This document shows positions 25,463 to 34,657 of a stretch of 64,000 nt of DNA, in pieces. Made by a program: the position numbers and the translations under genes. Below the pieces are notes generated by a model. It saw only the letters and a program-made list of their open reading frames with translations. It was not told where the DNA came from and searched no databases. Positions within the stretch are counted from its first letter, which is position 1. Each line of letters starts with the position of its first letter. This DNA is from Thermoplasmata archaeon (GTDB lineage Archaea; Thermoplasmatota; Thermoplasmata; RBG-16-68-12), in assembly GCA_036395115.1 (NCBI GenBank), contig DASWDU010000011.1, positions 549 to 64,548 of the forward strand, in the 5' to 3' direction.

Positions 25463-26905
25463 TCACGTCGACCCGCGGGCCTTCGCGGTCCGCCAGCTGA
25501 GGATCGGATCGCGGGCCGCCTGCACCTCATCGACGCGCGCCACCGACGTGTTGTGCGGCGCGCCGTGCAGGGTCTCGGGGCTCTCGCCGACGATCTTCGT
25601 GAGCGCGTCGACGAAGCCGTCGAGCGTCTCCATCGTCTCCGTCTCCGTGGGCTCGATCATCAACGCCTCCTCGACGAGGTGCGGGAAGTAGACGGTCGGC
25701 GGGTGGTATCCGAAGTCCATGAGCCGTTTCGCGAGGTCGACGGTCCGCACGCCGCGCGACGCGAGCTTCGCGGCGCTCGCGACGAACTCGTGCTTCCGCA
25801 GCCCGCCGAACGGCACGTCGAGCACGCCTTGCAGCCGGTGCCGCACGTAGTTCGCGTTCAGGACCGCGTGGTCCGAGACCTCCCGCAATCCGTCGGCGCC
25901 CATCCGCAGGATGTACGCGTACGCGCGCACGAGAAGGGCGAAGTTACCGTACCATGCGCGGACCTTCCCGATCGACTTCGGACGGTCGTAGTTCAGATGG
26001 TAGCCGCGCCCGTCGAGGCCGATGACCGGCACCGGGAGGAATGGCTCGAGCGGGCCGCGCACCCCGACGGGCCCGGCGCCGGGTCCGCCGCCGCCGTGCG
26101 GCGTCGTGAACGTCTTGTGGAGGTTGAAGTGCACGATGTCGAAGTTCATCTTCCCCGGGGAAGTCCGGCCGAGGATCGCGTTGAAGTTCGCTCCGTCGTA
26201 GTACAAGAGCCCGCCCGCGTCGTGCACGACCTCTGCGATGTCGAGGACGCGGTCCTCGAAAATGCCAAGCGTGTTCGGGTTCGTGAGCATGAACGCGAGC
26301 GTCTTCTCACCCGCAGCGGCCTCGAGCGCCTTCAGGTCGACGCGGCCGTCCTTCGAGGGGATTTCAACGATCTCGAAGCCGAGCATGCCGGCCGATGCGA
26401 AGTTCGTCCCGTGCGCCGTGTCCGGCAGGATGACTTGATGCCGCTCCTCCCCGCGGTCTCGGTGGTACGCCTGCGCGAGGAGGAGGCCCGTGTACTCGCC
26501 TTGCGCGCCGGCCGCCGGTTGGAGCGTGACCGCGTCCATGCCTGCGATCCGCGCGAGCATGTCCTGCAGCTCGTAGAGGAGGCGGAGCGCCCCCTGCATC
26601 GTCGCCTCGTCTTGGTCCGGGTGCATCCGCGCGACGGCCGGGAGGGCCGCGAGCTCTTCCGTGAACTTCGGGTTGAACTTCATCGTGCACGAACCGAGCG
26701 GATAGAAGCCCGTGTCGATCCCGAAGTTCATCTGCGACAACCGGGTGTAATGCCGCACGACCTCATGTTCGGGGAGGTTCGGAATCCCGAGCCGCTCTCG
26801 GCGGAGGTTCGGCGGGACCAGGTCGGCGACGTCGACCCGATCGTCCGGGGCGGACCGCTTCTCGAGGAGGAGGGGCTCGTCCCAGTAGGCTTGCCGGAAG
26901 CTCAC
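25463..26905 (-). CDS. gcvPB: glycine dehydrogenase (decarboxylating) subunit 2
   Basis: PLP-dependent GcvPB conservation. GTG start overlaps the gcvPA stop (GTGA). The 5' extension of the 807-aa ORF is rejected. Confidence 0.85.
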   Translation of the reverse strand: MSFRQAYWDEPLLLEKRSAPDDRVDVADLVPPNLRRERLGIPNLPEHEVVRHYTRLSQMNFGIDTGFYPLGSCTMKFNPKFTEELAALPAVARMHPDQDEATMQGALRLLYELQDMLARIAGMDAVTLQPAAGAQGEYTGLLLAQAYHRDRGEERHQVILPDTAHGTNFASAGMLGFEIVEIPSKDGRVDLKALEAAAGEKTLAFMLTNPNTLGIFEDRVLDIAEVVHDAGGLLYYDGANFNAILGRTSPGKMNFDIVHFNLHKTFTTPHGGGGPGAGPVGVRGPLEPFLPVPVIGLDGRGYHLNYDRPKSIGKVRAWYGNFALLVRAYAYILRMGADGLREVSDHAVLNANYVRHRLQGVLDVPFGGLRKHEFVASAAKLASRGVRTVDLAKRLMDFGYHPPTVYFPHLVEEALMIEPTETETMETLDGFVDALTKIVGESPETLHGAPHNTSVARVDEVQAARDPILSWRTAKARGST

Positions 26906-28224
26906 GCGACCGCCTCCAGGGCCTGGAGCAGGCGGTTTACGTCGTCCGCCTTTTGCCGTTCCGTCGTCGCGAACAGCGCGGAGTCGCTCAGCTCGGGGAG
27001 TTGCCGGGCGAGCGACAGCCCGCCATGGACGCCACGGGCCAAGAGGCCCCGGTGGACGGCCGAGTAGTCCCCCTTGTACCGCACGACGAATTCGTTGAAG
27101 TGCGCCCCGTTGAACACCGGCGCGGTGAAGCCCGAGATCTTGTCGATCGACGCGGCGAGCTCCTTCGCCCGGCGGATGTTCTCCGCCGCGAGCCGTCGCA
27201 GGCCGTTCGAACCTTGGACCGCTACGAACGCCGCTGCCGCGACGGCCAAGAGCGACTCGTTCGTGCAGATGTTCGACATCGCCTTCTCTCGTCGGATGTG
27301 CTGCTCCCGCGTCTGGAGAGTCATGCAGAACGCGCGGTGGCCTTTCACGTCGCGCGTGAGGCCGATCACCCGGCCCGGCATCTTCCGCACGTGCTCCTGC
27401 CGGCACGCGAAGATTCCGAGGAGGGGACCGCCGCAATTCACCGCGGTGCCGAGGGACTGGCCTTCTCCGATCACGATGTCCGCGCCGAAGTCTCCCGGAG
27501 GCCGAACGACCGCTTGCGCGATCGGATTGACGCCGACGACGAATACGGCTCCGGTGAGGGCGCGGATCTCCGCGAGCTGCTCCTCGAATCGCCCGAGGAA
27601 GTTCGGATTCTCCACGTATACGCCGCACACGGCGGGGGAGAGCGCCGCCTCCAGCTTCGTGAGGTCGAGCATGCCCGTCCCCCGGTCGTAGTCGACCTCG
27701 CGCGCCTCGACGCCCGTGCCGTTCAGGTAGTTCGCGAGGACGGCCTTGCGGTTGTGGCGCAATGCCCGCGGCACGAGGAACACGTTGCCGCCGTGGATGC
27801 GGTGCGCCATCCGCGCCGCTTCCCCGAGCGCGGTCGACGCGTCGTACATCGAGGTGTTCGCGGCGTCCATCCCGGTGAGTTCGCAAATCAGGCTCTGGTA
27901 CTCCCAGAGCGCCTGAAGGAGGCCTTGGCTCAGCTCGGGCTGGTACGGCGTGTACGCGGTGTAGAACTCGGACCGCGACGTGATCGCGCGGACGCTCGCG
28001 GGGACGAAGTGGTCGTACAGGCCGCCGCCGAGGAACGTCGGCATCTCGGCCATCGTGCGGTTCGCGGACAGGAGGGAGGTCACGTGCCGGACGACGGTCA
28101 GTTCCGGGAGGCCGTCCGGAAGATCGATCTTCGGGATGCGGACGGCGGCGGGGATGTCCGCGAAGAGGTCATCGATGCGCTGCAAGCCCATCGCTTGGAG
28201 CATCTCGTCCTCATCGGAGGGCAT
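26902..28224 (-). CDS. gcvPA: glycine dehydrogenase (decarboxylating) subunit 1
   Basis: 440 aa with GcvPA conservation throughout. Confidence 0.85.
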   Translation of the reverse strand: MPSDEDEMLQAMGLQRIDDLFADIPAAVRIPKIDLPDGLPELTVVRHVTSLLSANRTMAEMPTFLGGGLYDHFVPASVRAITSRSEFYTAYTPYQPELSQGLLQALWEYQSLICELTGMDAANTSMYDASTALGEAARMAHRIHGGNVFLVPRALRHNRKAVLANYLNGTGVEAREVDYDRGTGMLDLTKLEAALSPAVCGVYVENPNFLGRFEEQLAEIRALTGAVFVVGVNPIAQAVVRPPGDFGADIVIGEGQSLGTAVNCGGPLLGIFACRQEHVRKMPGRVIGLTRDVKGHRAFCMTLQTREQHIRREKAMSNICTNESLLAVAAAAFVAVQGSNGLRRLAAENIRRAKELAASIDKISGFTAPVFNGAHFNEFVVRYKGDYSAVHRGLLARGVHGGLSLARQLPELSDSALFATTERQKADDVNRLLQALEAVA

Positions 28225-28277
28225 GCGGGTTCCGCTGAGAGAGGTGCCTCCTTAAAGGGTTTGGCATCGAGTGCAGG

Positions 28278-28865
28278 TCACGGAGCCGCAGCGCTGAGTC
28301 GTGTGAAATCCCGGACGAGCCGTAGGCCGGAGCCGGCTTCGATGATCGCCGCGGACCCGAACCCGATCGAGTCCTTGTAGGTCTCCGACGGGCGGTCGCC
28401 CTTGAGTTCCGAGAGGACGAGGGAGAAGAGAGTGCCGTGACCTGATACCGCGACGACGCGGCCGGGGTTGTCCGAGCCGATCGACTCGAGGCACGTCCTC
28501 GCGCGGGTCACGGCCATGCCGAGGGATTCTTTCGAGGGCGGCAAGTAATCGAGGTCCGCCCATGCGCGGGTCTCGAGGGCCTTGAACTCCGGTTGCGAGA
28601 TCCCGGATTCGTCCGGAGCCCATTCCTTGAGACACGGCCGCTTGAGGATCGGAATGTGGAACGATTCGGAGAGGACGATCGCGGTCTCGATGCTCCGGCG
28701 CAAGGGGCTCGTATAGACCCGAGTGGGCGGTGCGGTGGGCCATGCCGCCACGAGATCCTCGATCTGTCGGCGGCCTCGATCGGACAGGGGAGCTCGGTCG
28801 AAATTGGATGTGCCGAGAGGGCGCACGATTTCGCCATGACGCAGGAGGACGAGTGTCGCGTGCAT
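28278..28865 (-). CDS. histidine phosphatase family protein (phosphoglycerate mutase-like)
   Basis: LVLLRHGE catalytic RHG motif. 195 aa. Confidence 0.7.
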   Translation of the reverse strand: MHATLVLLRHGEIVRPLGTSNFDRAPLSDRGRRQIEDLVAAWPTAPPTRVYTSPLRRSIETAIVLSESFHIPILKRPCLKEWAPDESGISQPEFKALETRAWADLDYLPPSKESLGMAVTRARTCLESIGSDNPGRVVAVSGHGTLFSLVLSELKGDRPSETYKDSIGFGSAAIIEAGSGLRLVRDFTRLSAAAP

Positions 28866-28871
28866 AGGAAT

Positions 28872-29153
28872 TCATCCGCCCGAAACGACTCCGATCACGC
28901 AGATCCGCTCCCCATCGCGGAGCGGTTCATCGATCGGGATTGGGATGTCGCCTCGGACGAGAAGGTGCGCGTCCGGCGGCAGCCGCAGAGCCTTCAGGAG
29001 ATCCTCGCCGGTCGCATCCGACTCCAAGGCCACGGCGACCTCCGTTCGGCGGGGAACGAGCTCGGCGACGATTTGCACGACGCGGACCGAGGGCGGCGCC
29101 GGTCTTAAGCGTTCCTTCCTTCGCCTCCTGGTCGGAACGCTTATCCGAAGCAT
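28872..29153 (-). CDS. ThiS/MoaD-fold (SAMP-like) small beta-grasp protein ending in Gly-Gly
   Basis: C-terminal ~70 aa VRVVQIVAELVPRRTEVAVALESDATGEDLLKALRL...VRGDIPIPIDEPLRDGERICVIGVVSGG* follows the ThiS/MoaD pattern. Start assigned to an internal ATG just before the tRNA. The longer ORF would run through tRNA-Ser. Confidence 0.55.
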   Translation of the reverse strand: MLRISVPTRRRRKERLRPAPPSVRVVQIVAELVPRRTEVAVALESDATGEDLLKALRLPPDAHLLVRGDIPIPIDEPLRDGERICVIGVVSGG

Positions 29154-29173
29154 CGTTTTCCGGATGAACGACT

Positions 29174-29255
29174 GCCCAGGTCGCCTAGCCCGGTAGGGCG
29201 GCGGTCTCGAAAACCGCTGGGTTACCCCTCGCAGGTTCAAATCCTGCCCTGGGCG
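29174..29255 (+). tRNA. tRNA-Ser (anticodon CGA), class II with a 13-nt variable arm
   Basis: Folded by hand. The 7-bp acceptor GCCCAGG/CCTGGGC, D-arm GG, anticodon stem GCGGT/ACCGC with loop CTCGAAA, a GGG-TTA-CCC variable hairpin, and a T-arm GCAGG-TTCAAAT-CCTGC all pair as expected; the discriminator is G. Confidence 0.85.
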
Positions 29256-29416
29256 CTTCACCCATAGACCTGGTGCCAATTTCCGTATTAGCGTTACGAC
29301 CTGCACTAAGTGGCGCCCCTGCCCCGCATACAGGCTAGGCCCCGCGCCTTCGTTTGCTTGTCTGATGGCAGGAAGCTTTAGGCGCGGGCTCCTCCATCGC
29401 GCTCCGCGTCATACAT

Positions 29417-29659
29417 ATGCCAACTTCCTGGCAGGCTTTCCAAACTGATTGGGGGAATTTTCTGAATTGGCTGAATTCGGGCCCAGGACGTGCTTTCTGC
29501 GGCACGCTACTCGTACTAGTGATTTTGTTCATCGTCTTCTATGTCGCCACACGCCTTCTGGGCAGGGCCCATCGTGCCCTGCTCCCGGAAGCCTCCGAGG
29601 ACGAATCCGGGGTGGAAGGAGCCCCTCGGCCAGAGGACAACAAGGACGGACGAGAGTAG
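29417..29659 (+). CDS. small hypothetical membrane protein (80 aa) inside the tRNA-flanked insert
   Basis: One predicted TM helix (FCGTLLVLVILFIVFYVATRLL) and an acidic tail. Only weakly supported. Confidence 0.3.
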   Translation: MPTSWQAFQTDWGNFLNWLNSGPGRAFCGTLLVLVILFIVFYVATRLLGRAHRALLPEASEDESGVEGAPRPEDNKDGRE

Positions 29660-29748
29660 TTTCACGGCGGGGAGCGTCCCCAAAAACCGGGTTGCTTTCG
29701 AGGAATGGGGGCGGCTCCGTTGCGAATCTGAGTCCGGATCAGCCGAAC

Positions 29749-29826
29749 GGTCGCCTAAGCCCGGTAGGGCGGCGGTCTCGAAAACCGCTGGGTTACCCCT
29801 CGCAGGTTCAAATCCTGCCCTGGGCG
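29749..29826 (+). repeat. direct repeat: 77/78-nt copy of the 3' portion of tRNA-Ser(CGA); matches 29179-29255 with one indel
   Basis: GGTCGCCTA(A)GCCCGGTAGGGCGGCGGTCTCGAAAACCGCTGGGTTACCCCTCGCAGGTTCAAATCCTGCCCTGGGCG. The copy lacks the 5' acceptor strand, so it is not a functional tRNA. This is the att-site-like signature of integration into a tRNA gene. Confidence 0.8.
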
Positions 29827-29883
29827 CTCCGGTGCGAGAGTGGACCGGTCTGGCAGACTCGGGGCCGCGACTGCGGCGCTCGC

Positions 29884-31797
29884 CTACTTCAGGTGCGTGT
29901 CGAACCAACGCAGGTACGCCTTCAGCCGGGCGATTCGGTGCTTCGGCTTCCCCGCGCGCGAGAGATCGTGATTCTCTTTCGGGAACAGGACCATCTCGGC
30001 CTCTTTGCCGTAGTACTTCAGGGCGGTGAAGAACTGGATCGCCTCGACGTGCCAGCAGCGAAGGTCTTCGAACGAATGGACGAGGAGGAGGGGTGTCGTG
30101 ACGTTCCTGACGTAGCGGAGCGGCGACTTCGCCAGCGTCGTCTCCTCGTCGTCCCACGGGTCAACCCCGGTCTGGTCGCGACCGAAGTACGGCCCGATGT
30201 CGCTCGTCCCCCAGAACGTCCACCAGCTCGAGATCGAGCGGTCCGTGACTGCGGCCTTGAACCGGTCTGTGTGGGTCACGACCCAGTTCGTCATGAACCC
30301 ACCGTACGAGCCGCCAGCGACCGCGAGCCGCTTCGCATCGACGAACGGATAATGAGCGATCGCGTAATCGACGGCCTCCATGAGATCCTGGTAATCCCGT
30401 TCGCCGTAGTGCTTGCGGAGGTCCGCGAACGCCTCTGTGTATCCGTCGCTCCCCCGCGGATTCGTGAAGAGGACCGCGTACCCCCTGGCGGCGAACACCT
30501 GGAATTCGTGGAGGTAGCTGTAGCCGAATGCGGTCTTCGGCCCGCCGTGTACGTAGAGGATGGTAGGGACCTTGCCCCGCTTCGACGGCCAGAGGATCCA
30601 ACCTTCGACGTCGACCCCGTCGCTCGCGCGGAAGGTGAAGTGCTCCGGCTTCCGGATCGCCAGATTGGACCGCGCCTCATCGTTGAACGACGTCACCTTG
30701 CGCGGCTCCCCGTCGAATCGGTACAGTTCGGGGAGCGACATCGATTCCATCCCGGTGAAGATCAGGGCGCCGTCGTTCACCTGAAATGCCTCGACGCACC
30801 GTTCGCCGCCGACTAGGCGGTTCACGCGGCGATCCGCGACGTCGAGCGAGCAAAGATGCACGCCGCCGCCCTCCGCCGCGACGAAGTAGATGCGGTCGCC
30901 GACCCACTTCGGATCCGGGCTCATGCCGCCCATGCGGACGTCGCAGTTCAGCGCGTTCGACAGGTTCCGGTCCATCGACTCGAGGCGCTCCGGCGCTCCC
31001 CCTTTTGCGTCGACGACCCACAGGTGTTCGTGCGAGGCGAATCCGCGCGGCAGGTCGTCTCCCCGGAACACGAGCCGCCGGTCGTCCGGGGACCAGCCCA
31101 CGCTCGCGATCTCCATCGTATGTTTCGTCAAAGGGATCGTCTTCCGCGAGGCCACATCGAGCACGAATACGTCTTGGAGGTACGGCCGCACGTCTTCCAT
31201 CTGGGCGACGTACGCGACGCGCTTCCCGTCGTGCGACCACGCCGCCTTCGTGACGTCGAACTCCCCCTTCGTCACCTGCTTGACGGCCTTCGTGGCGAGG
31301 GTCAGGATGAAGGCGTGCTTGCGGAGATTGTAGATGAAGCCTTTGTCGTTGAACCAGAAGTTGATGCGGCGGATCGTACGGACATCCTCGTCGTCTTCGC
31401 CGACGTTCGACAAGAAGAGCACCCGCTTCCCGTCCGGCGACCACGCGGCGCCTTCAATGCCCTCTTCGCGCCGGAGCAAGAGGGTCGCCTCGCCGCCGTC
31501 TGTCGGGATTAGGTAGAGCGCGTTCCCCTTGTCGTCTTTCCCCATCTCCCGCTTCGACGTGAACAAGATCCGCTTCCCGTCGGGGGAGATCTTCGGGGCG
31601 CCATCCTTGCCGGCCGTCGTGAGCTGCCCCGGGGCCGTCCCGTCGAGCGGGACGATCCAGATGTTGCCCTCGTACTCGTCCTTGTCCAGCAGGGCGCGGT
31701 GCACGGAGATCGCCGCGAACGTCCCGTCCGGCGCGAGGCTCGGTTCGGAGAGCATCGCGTAGGCGGCGAGATCCTCGGGTTCGACGGGCTTGGCCAT
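29884..31797 (-). CDS. S9-family serine peptidase (acylaminoacyl-peptidase / prolyl oligopeptidase-like) with an N-terminal beta-propeller
   Basis: Internal ATG MAKPVEPEDLAAY... gives 637 aa. The C-terminal alpha/beta hydrolase carries GGSYGG around the catalytic Ser. The 130-aa 5' extension of the ORF is rejected. Confidence 0.8.
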   Translation of the reverse strand: MAKPVEPEDLAAYAMLSEPSLAPDGTFAAISVHRALLDKDEYEGNIWIVPLDGTAPGQLTTAGKDGAPKISPDGKRILFTSKREMGKDDKGNALYLIPTDGGEATLLLRREEGIEGAAWSPDGKRVLFLSNVGEDDEDVRTIRRINFWFNDKGFIYNLRKHAFILTLATKAVKQVTKGEFDVTKAAWSHDGKRVAYVAQMEDVRPYLQDVFVLDVASRKTIPLTKHTMEIASVGWSPDDRRLVFRGDDLPRGFASHEHLWVVDAKGGAPERLESMDRNLSNALNCDVRMGGMSPDPKWVGDRIYFVAAEGGGVHLCSLDVADRRVNRLVGGERCVEAFQVNDGALIFTGMESMSLPELYRFDGEPRKVTSFNDEARSNLAIRKPEHFTFRASDGVDVEGWILWPSKRGKVPTILYVHGGPKTAFGYSYLHEFQVFAARGYAVLFTNPRGSDGYTEAFADLRKHYGERDYQDLMEAVDYAIAHYPFVDAKRLAVAGGSYGGFMTNWVVTHTDRFKAAVTDRSISSWWTFWGTSDIGPYFGRDQTGVDPWDDEETTLAKSPLRYVRNVTTPLLLVHSFEDLRCWHVEAIQFFTALKYYGKEAEMVLFPKENHDLSRAGKPKHRIARLKAYLRWFDTHLK

Positions 31798-31881
31798 GCG
31801 GAGGGCGAGCCCGTCGCGTGTGATAAATTCTGCTCCCACGCCCGCAAGGCTCATCGCCCCCGCCGACTTGTCCCCGAGGCG

Positions 31882-32298
31882 ATGGCCGGCCCGCTGGGCA
31901 AGCTCGCGTACCTGTACGTCGGGACCGCCGACCTCGATCGCGATCTCGACTACTACACGAAGGTTCTCGGGGCGAAGCTCCTCTGGAACTACCACGAGTT
32001 CGGCGCGAAGGTCGCCTCGGTGCGGCTGTGCGACGGGCCGCAGTACATCCTCGCGGACCACCGCCACGCGCCGTCCGTCCTCCCGATCTTTGACGTCGGG
32101 GACCTCAAGGCGACCGCGAAGGACTTGCGTTCGCGTGGCTGGAAGTCCGAGGGGCGCTCGTTCGAGATTCCTCCCGGCCCGTGCCACCTGTTCAAGGACC
32201 CGAGCGGGAACGAGCTCGCGATGTTCGAGAACGTGCGGCCGGGCCTAATGGAAGGGTCTTTCGGGGATGCCGGCATTCGGCGGTTCGGTCGCGGGTGA
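31882..32298 (+). CDS. VOC/glyoxalase-family protein
   Basis: 138 aa from an internal ATG (MAGPLGKLAYLYVG...). Glyoxalase-like betaalphabetabetabeta pattern. Confidence 0.6.
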   Translation: MAGPLGKLAYLYVGTADLDRDLDYYTKVLGAKLLWNYHEFGAKVASVRLCDGPQYILADHRHAPSVLPIFDVGDLKATAKDLRSRGWKSEGRSFEIPPGPCHLFKDPSGNELAMFENVRPGLMEGSFGDAGIRRFGRG

Positions 32299-32310
32299 CG
32301 GAGGCGATCC

Positions 32311-32703
32311 ATGTTCGAGCACCCGAACGCGACGCTGGTCAACCACCTCTACGACGCGTTCGACAAGAAGGACAACGAGCGGCTCAAGAAGCTGATCGCC
32401 GAGGACGCGGTGTGGTACGTGCCGGGTTCCTCGCCGATTTCCGGCGAACACCGGGGCCATGCGGCGATTTTCGCATACTTCCAGAAGCTCGCGGAGCTCA
32501 GCGGCGGCACGTTCCGCGCGGAGCTCGTCGACATCCTCGCGAGCGACATGCACGCGGTGGCCCTCGCGACCGCGACGGCGAACCGGGACGATCGCGCGTT
32601 CGAGGGCAGCTACCTCCTTCTGATGCGGATCGAGAAAGGGCGGATCCTCGAGGCGCGGCTCTTCATCGACGATCTGGCGGCGTTCGAGGCGTTCTGGGCC
32701 TAG
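32311..32703 (+). CDS. SnoaL-like / NTF2-fold protein
   Basis: 130 aa (LVNHLYDAFDKKDNERLKKLIAEDAVWYVPG...) typical of ketosteroid-isomerase-like proteins. Confidence 0.65.
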   Translation: MFEHPNATLVNHLYDAFDKKDNERLKKLIAEDAVWYVPGSSPISGEHRGHAAIFAYFQKLAELSGGTFRAELVDILASDMHAVALATATANRDDRAFEGSYLLLMRIEKGRILEARLFIDDLAAFEAFWA

Positions 32704-32751
32704 GGGCGATGCACCCTGTCGTCGAGCGGCCCTCCTCCGACGCAGCCGACG

Positions 32752-33366
32752 ATGAGTCCGGCGCGGATCGAGACCCTCGCGGACGGCGTGTTCGCGATCG
32801 CGATGACGCTCTTGGCGTTCAACCTCACCGTGCCCGAGGTCCTGCCGATGGAGGATCCGGCCGTCGTCCTCCCGGGCGAACTCGTCGCGCTCTTGCCTCG
32901 CTTCCTCATTTACGCGATTAGCTTCGTGGTCCTCGGCATCTACTGGGTCGCCCACCACGCCCAGTTCCGCGTGATCCACAACGCGGACCGTCCGCTGCTT
33001 TGGATCAACATCCTCTTCCTCATGCTCGTGGCGTTCGTGCCTTTCTCGACCTCCCTGATGAGCCGATATTGGAGCGCGCCCGCGGCGGTCCAGGTGTACG
33101 GGCTCGTGCTCATCCTCATCGGCGGGGCGGGGTACCTGCACTGGTGGTACGCGACCTCGGGACGGCGGCTCGTCCCGCCCTCGACCCCGGATTCCCTGAT
33201 CCGGGCCGCGAAACATCGCATCGCGATCGCGCCGGCCGTGTGCGTCATCGCCATCGCGTTCTCGCCCGTGAACACGGTGGTCAGCATCGCGCTCTACGCG
33301 CTCCTCATCCCGTTCTACATCGCACCCGCGGGCCTCGACCGGCATGTGTTCCGCCAACGCGAGTGA
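32752..33366 (+). CDS. DUF1211 (TMEM175-like) membrane protein
   Basis: RIETLADGVFAIAMTLL signature of DUF1211 / TMEM175 channels. 204 aa, 6 TM helices. Confidence 0.7.
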   Translation: MSPARIETLADGVFAIAMTLLAFNLTVPEVLPMEDPAVVLPGELVALLPRFLIYAISFVVLGIYWVAHHAQFRVIHNADRPLLWINILFLMLVAFVPFSTSLMSRYWSAPAAVQVYGLVLILIGGAGYLHWWYATSGRRLVPPSTPDSLIRAAKHRIAIAPAVCVIAIAFSPVNTVVSIALYALLIPFYIAPAGLDRHVFRQRE

Positions 33367-33369
33367 CGT

Positions 33370-34365
33370 GTGACCATAGCGCCGGGAAGTCGCTCAACAT
33401 ACGCCGCCGTCGCGATGGGAGGCCCCATGTTGGCAGATCTCCAGAATGCGTACATCCAGGCGGTGGAGCGAGCGGGCGAGAGCACGGTCAACGTCAGCAC
33501 GGCACGAGGCCCCTATGGGCCGCCGTTCGGGCCGTGGCCGCGCCGCGGGATCGGGTCGGGCGTGATCCTCGACGAGAAGGGCCACATCCTCACGACGCAC
33601 CACGTGATCGACGGCGCGGACAAGGTCATCGTCGCCTTCACCGACGGGCGCGTCCTCAGCGGGACAGTCGTCGGCGGTGACGAGGAGACGGACGTCGCGG
33701 TCGTGCGCGTCGACGGGAAGGACTTCCGTCGCGCGGACTTCGCGAACTCGGACGAAATCAAGGTCGGCCAGCCGGTGCTCGCGATCGGAAACCCGCTCGG
33801 ATTGCCCGGCGGCCCCACAGTGACGTCGGGCGTGATCAGCTCCCTCCGCCGGAACCTGACGCGATGGCCGGGCGACGGCTTGCCGGTGATCCAGACGGAT
33901 GCGGCCGTGAACCCTGGGAACAGCGGCGGGCCCCTCGTGGACCTGCAGGGTCGCGTGGTCGCGATCAACACCGCGACGATCCCCTACGCGGAAGGCATCG
34001 GCTTCGCGATCCCGATCAACGCGGCGCTCGACGTCGCCCGCCAGATCCTCGAGCACGGGCACGTCCAGCGGGCATGGCTCGGCATCGCCGGATACGACGT
34101 GAACCGACGCCTCGCGGCGTACTACGGGATCACGGCCCGGACCGGCGTGTTCCTCGCCGAGGTGAACGCGAAATCGCCCGCGGACGTCGCGGGACTGCAG
34201 GTCGGCGACGTGATCACGTCCCTCGGCGGCCGGCCCCTGAGCGGGATCGCGGACCTCGTCGAGGCGTTACGGGAGCGGGCGTTCGGCGACACGGTCGAAG
34301 TCGATGCCGAGCGACGCGGGGTGCGGGTGCACGCGACCGTGGCGCTCGCCGTTCGGCCGTATTGA
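33370..34365 (+). CDS. HtrA/DegP-like trypsin-family serine protease with a C-terminal PDZ domain
   Basis: GSGVILDEKGHILTTHHV His region, GNSGGPL catalytic Ser, and a PDZ (GVFLAEV...GLQVGDVI). The start is uncertain. Confidence 0.75.
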   Translation: MTIAPGSRSTYAAVAMGGPMLADLQNAYIQAVERAGESTVNVSTARGPYGPPFGPWPRRGIGSGVILDEKGHILTTHHVIDGADKVIVAFTDGRVLSGTVVGGDEETDVAVVRVDGKDFRRADFANSDEIKVGQPVLAIGNPLGLPGGPTVTSGVISSLRRNLTRWPGDGLPVIQTDAAVNPGNSGGPLVDLQGRVVAINTATIPYAEGIGFAIPINAALDVARQILEHGHVQRAWLGIAGYDVNRRLAAYYGITARTGVFLAEVNAKSPADVAGLQVGDVITSLGGRPLSGIADLVEALRERAFGDTVEVDAERRGVRVHATVALAVRPY

Positions 34366-34420
34366 TCGAGGCACGGAGCCCAACAACTTCAAATCCGGAG
34401 GCCTCATCGCCCGGTTCGTG

Positions 34421-34606
34421 ATGCGGCCTCCCCACCCGGAAGTCTGCCCGAATTGCGGCAAGCTCACCTGGAACTGGCAGTACCTGTCCGTCCGGGTGTG
34501 GATCGAGTGCGAGCACTGCGGCTACAAGGATAGCGTCAGCAATACGCCGGTGAGCGGGGCGAACACGGACAGCACGTCGCGCAAGTCGACCCGATCGAAG
34601 GCGTAG
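34421..34606 (+). CDS. small zinc-ribbon protein of the WYC/WIEC family
   Basis: CPNCGKLTWNWQ...WIECEHCGYKD. Paralogous to the C-termini of the 34658 and 51407 proteins. Internal ATG. Confidence 0.4.
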   Translation: MRPPHPEVCPNCGKLTWNWQYLSVRVWIECEHCGYKDSVSNTPVSGANTDSTSRKSTRSKA

Positions 34607-34657
34607 GCCGCGTCCAGAGCGACCGCCCGTCCAGAAACATGAAGTAGGCCCACGGAG

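Noticed and set aside
28872-29306. full 144-aa ORF as the SAMP-like protein
   Set aside because: The 5' 51 codons would be transcribed antisense through tRNA-Ser, and the extension is Arg/Pro-rich. An internal start at 29153 was chosen.
29749-29826. possible second tRNA-Ser gene
   Set aside because: The 5' acceptor strand is absent (sequence GCCGAACGG instead of GCCCAGG), so a cloverleaf cannot form. It is interpreted as a partial att-type duplicate instead.
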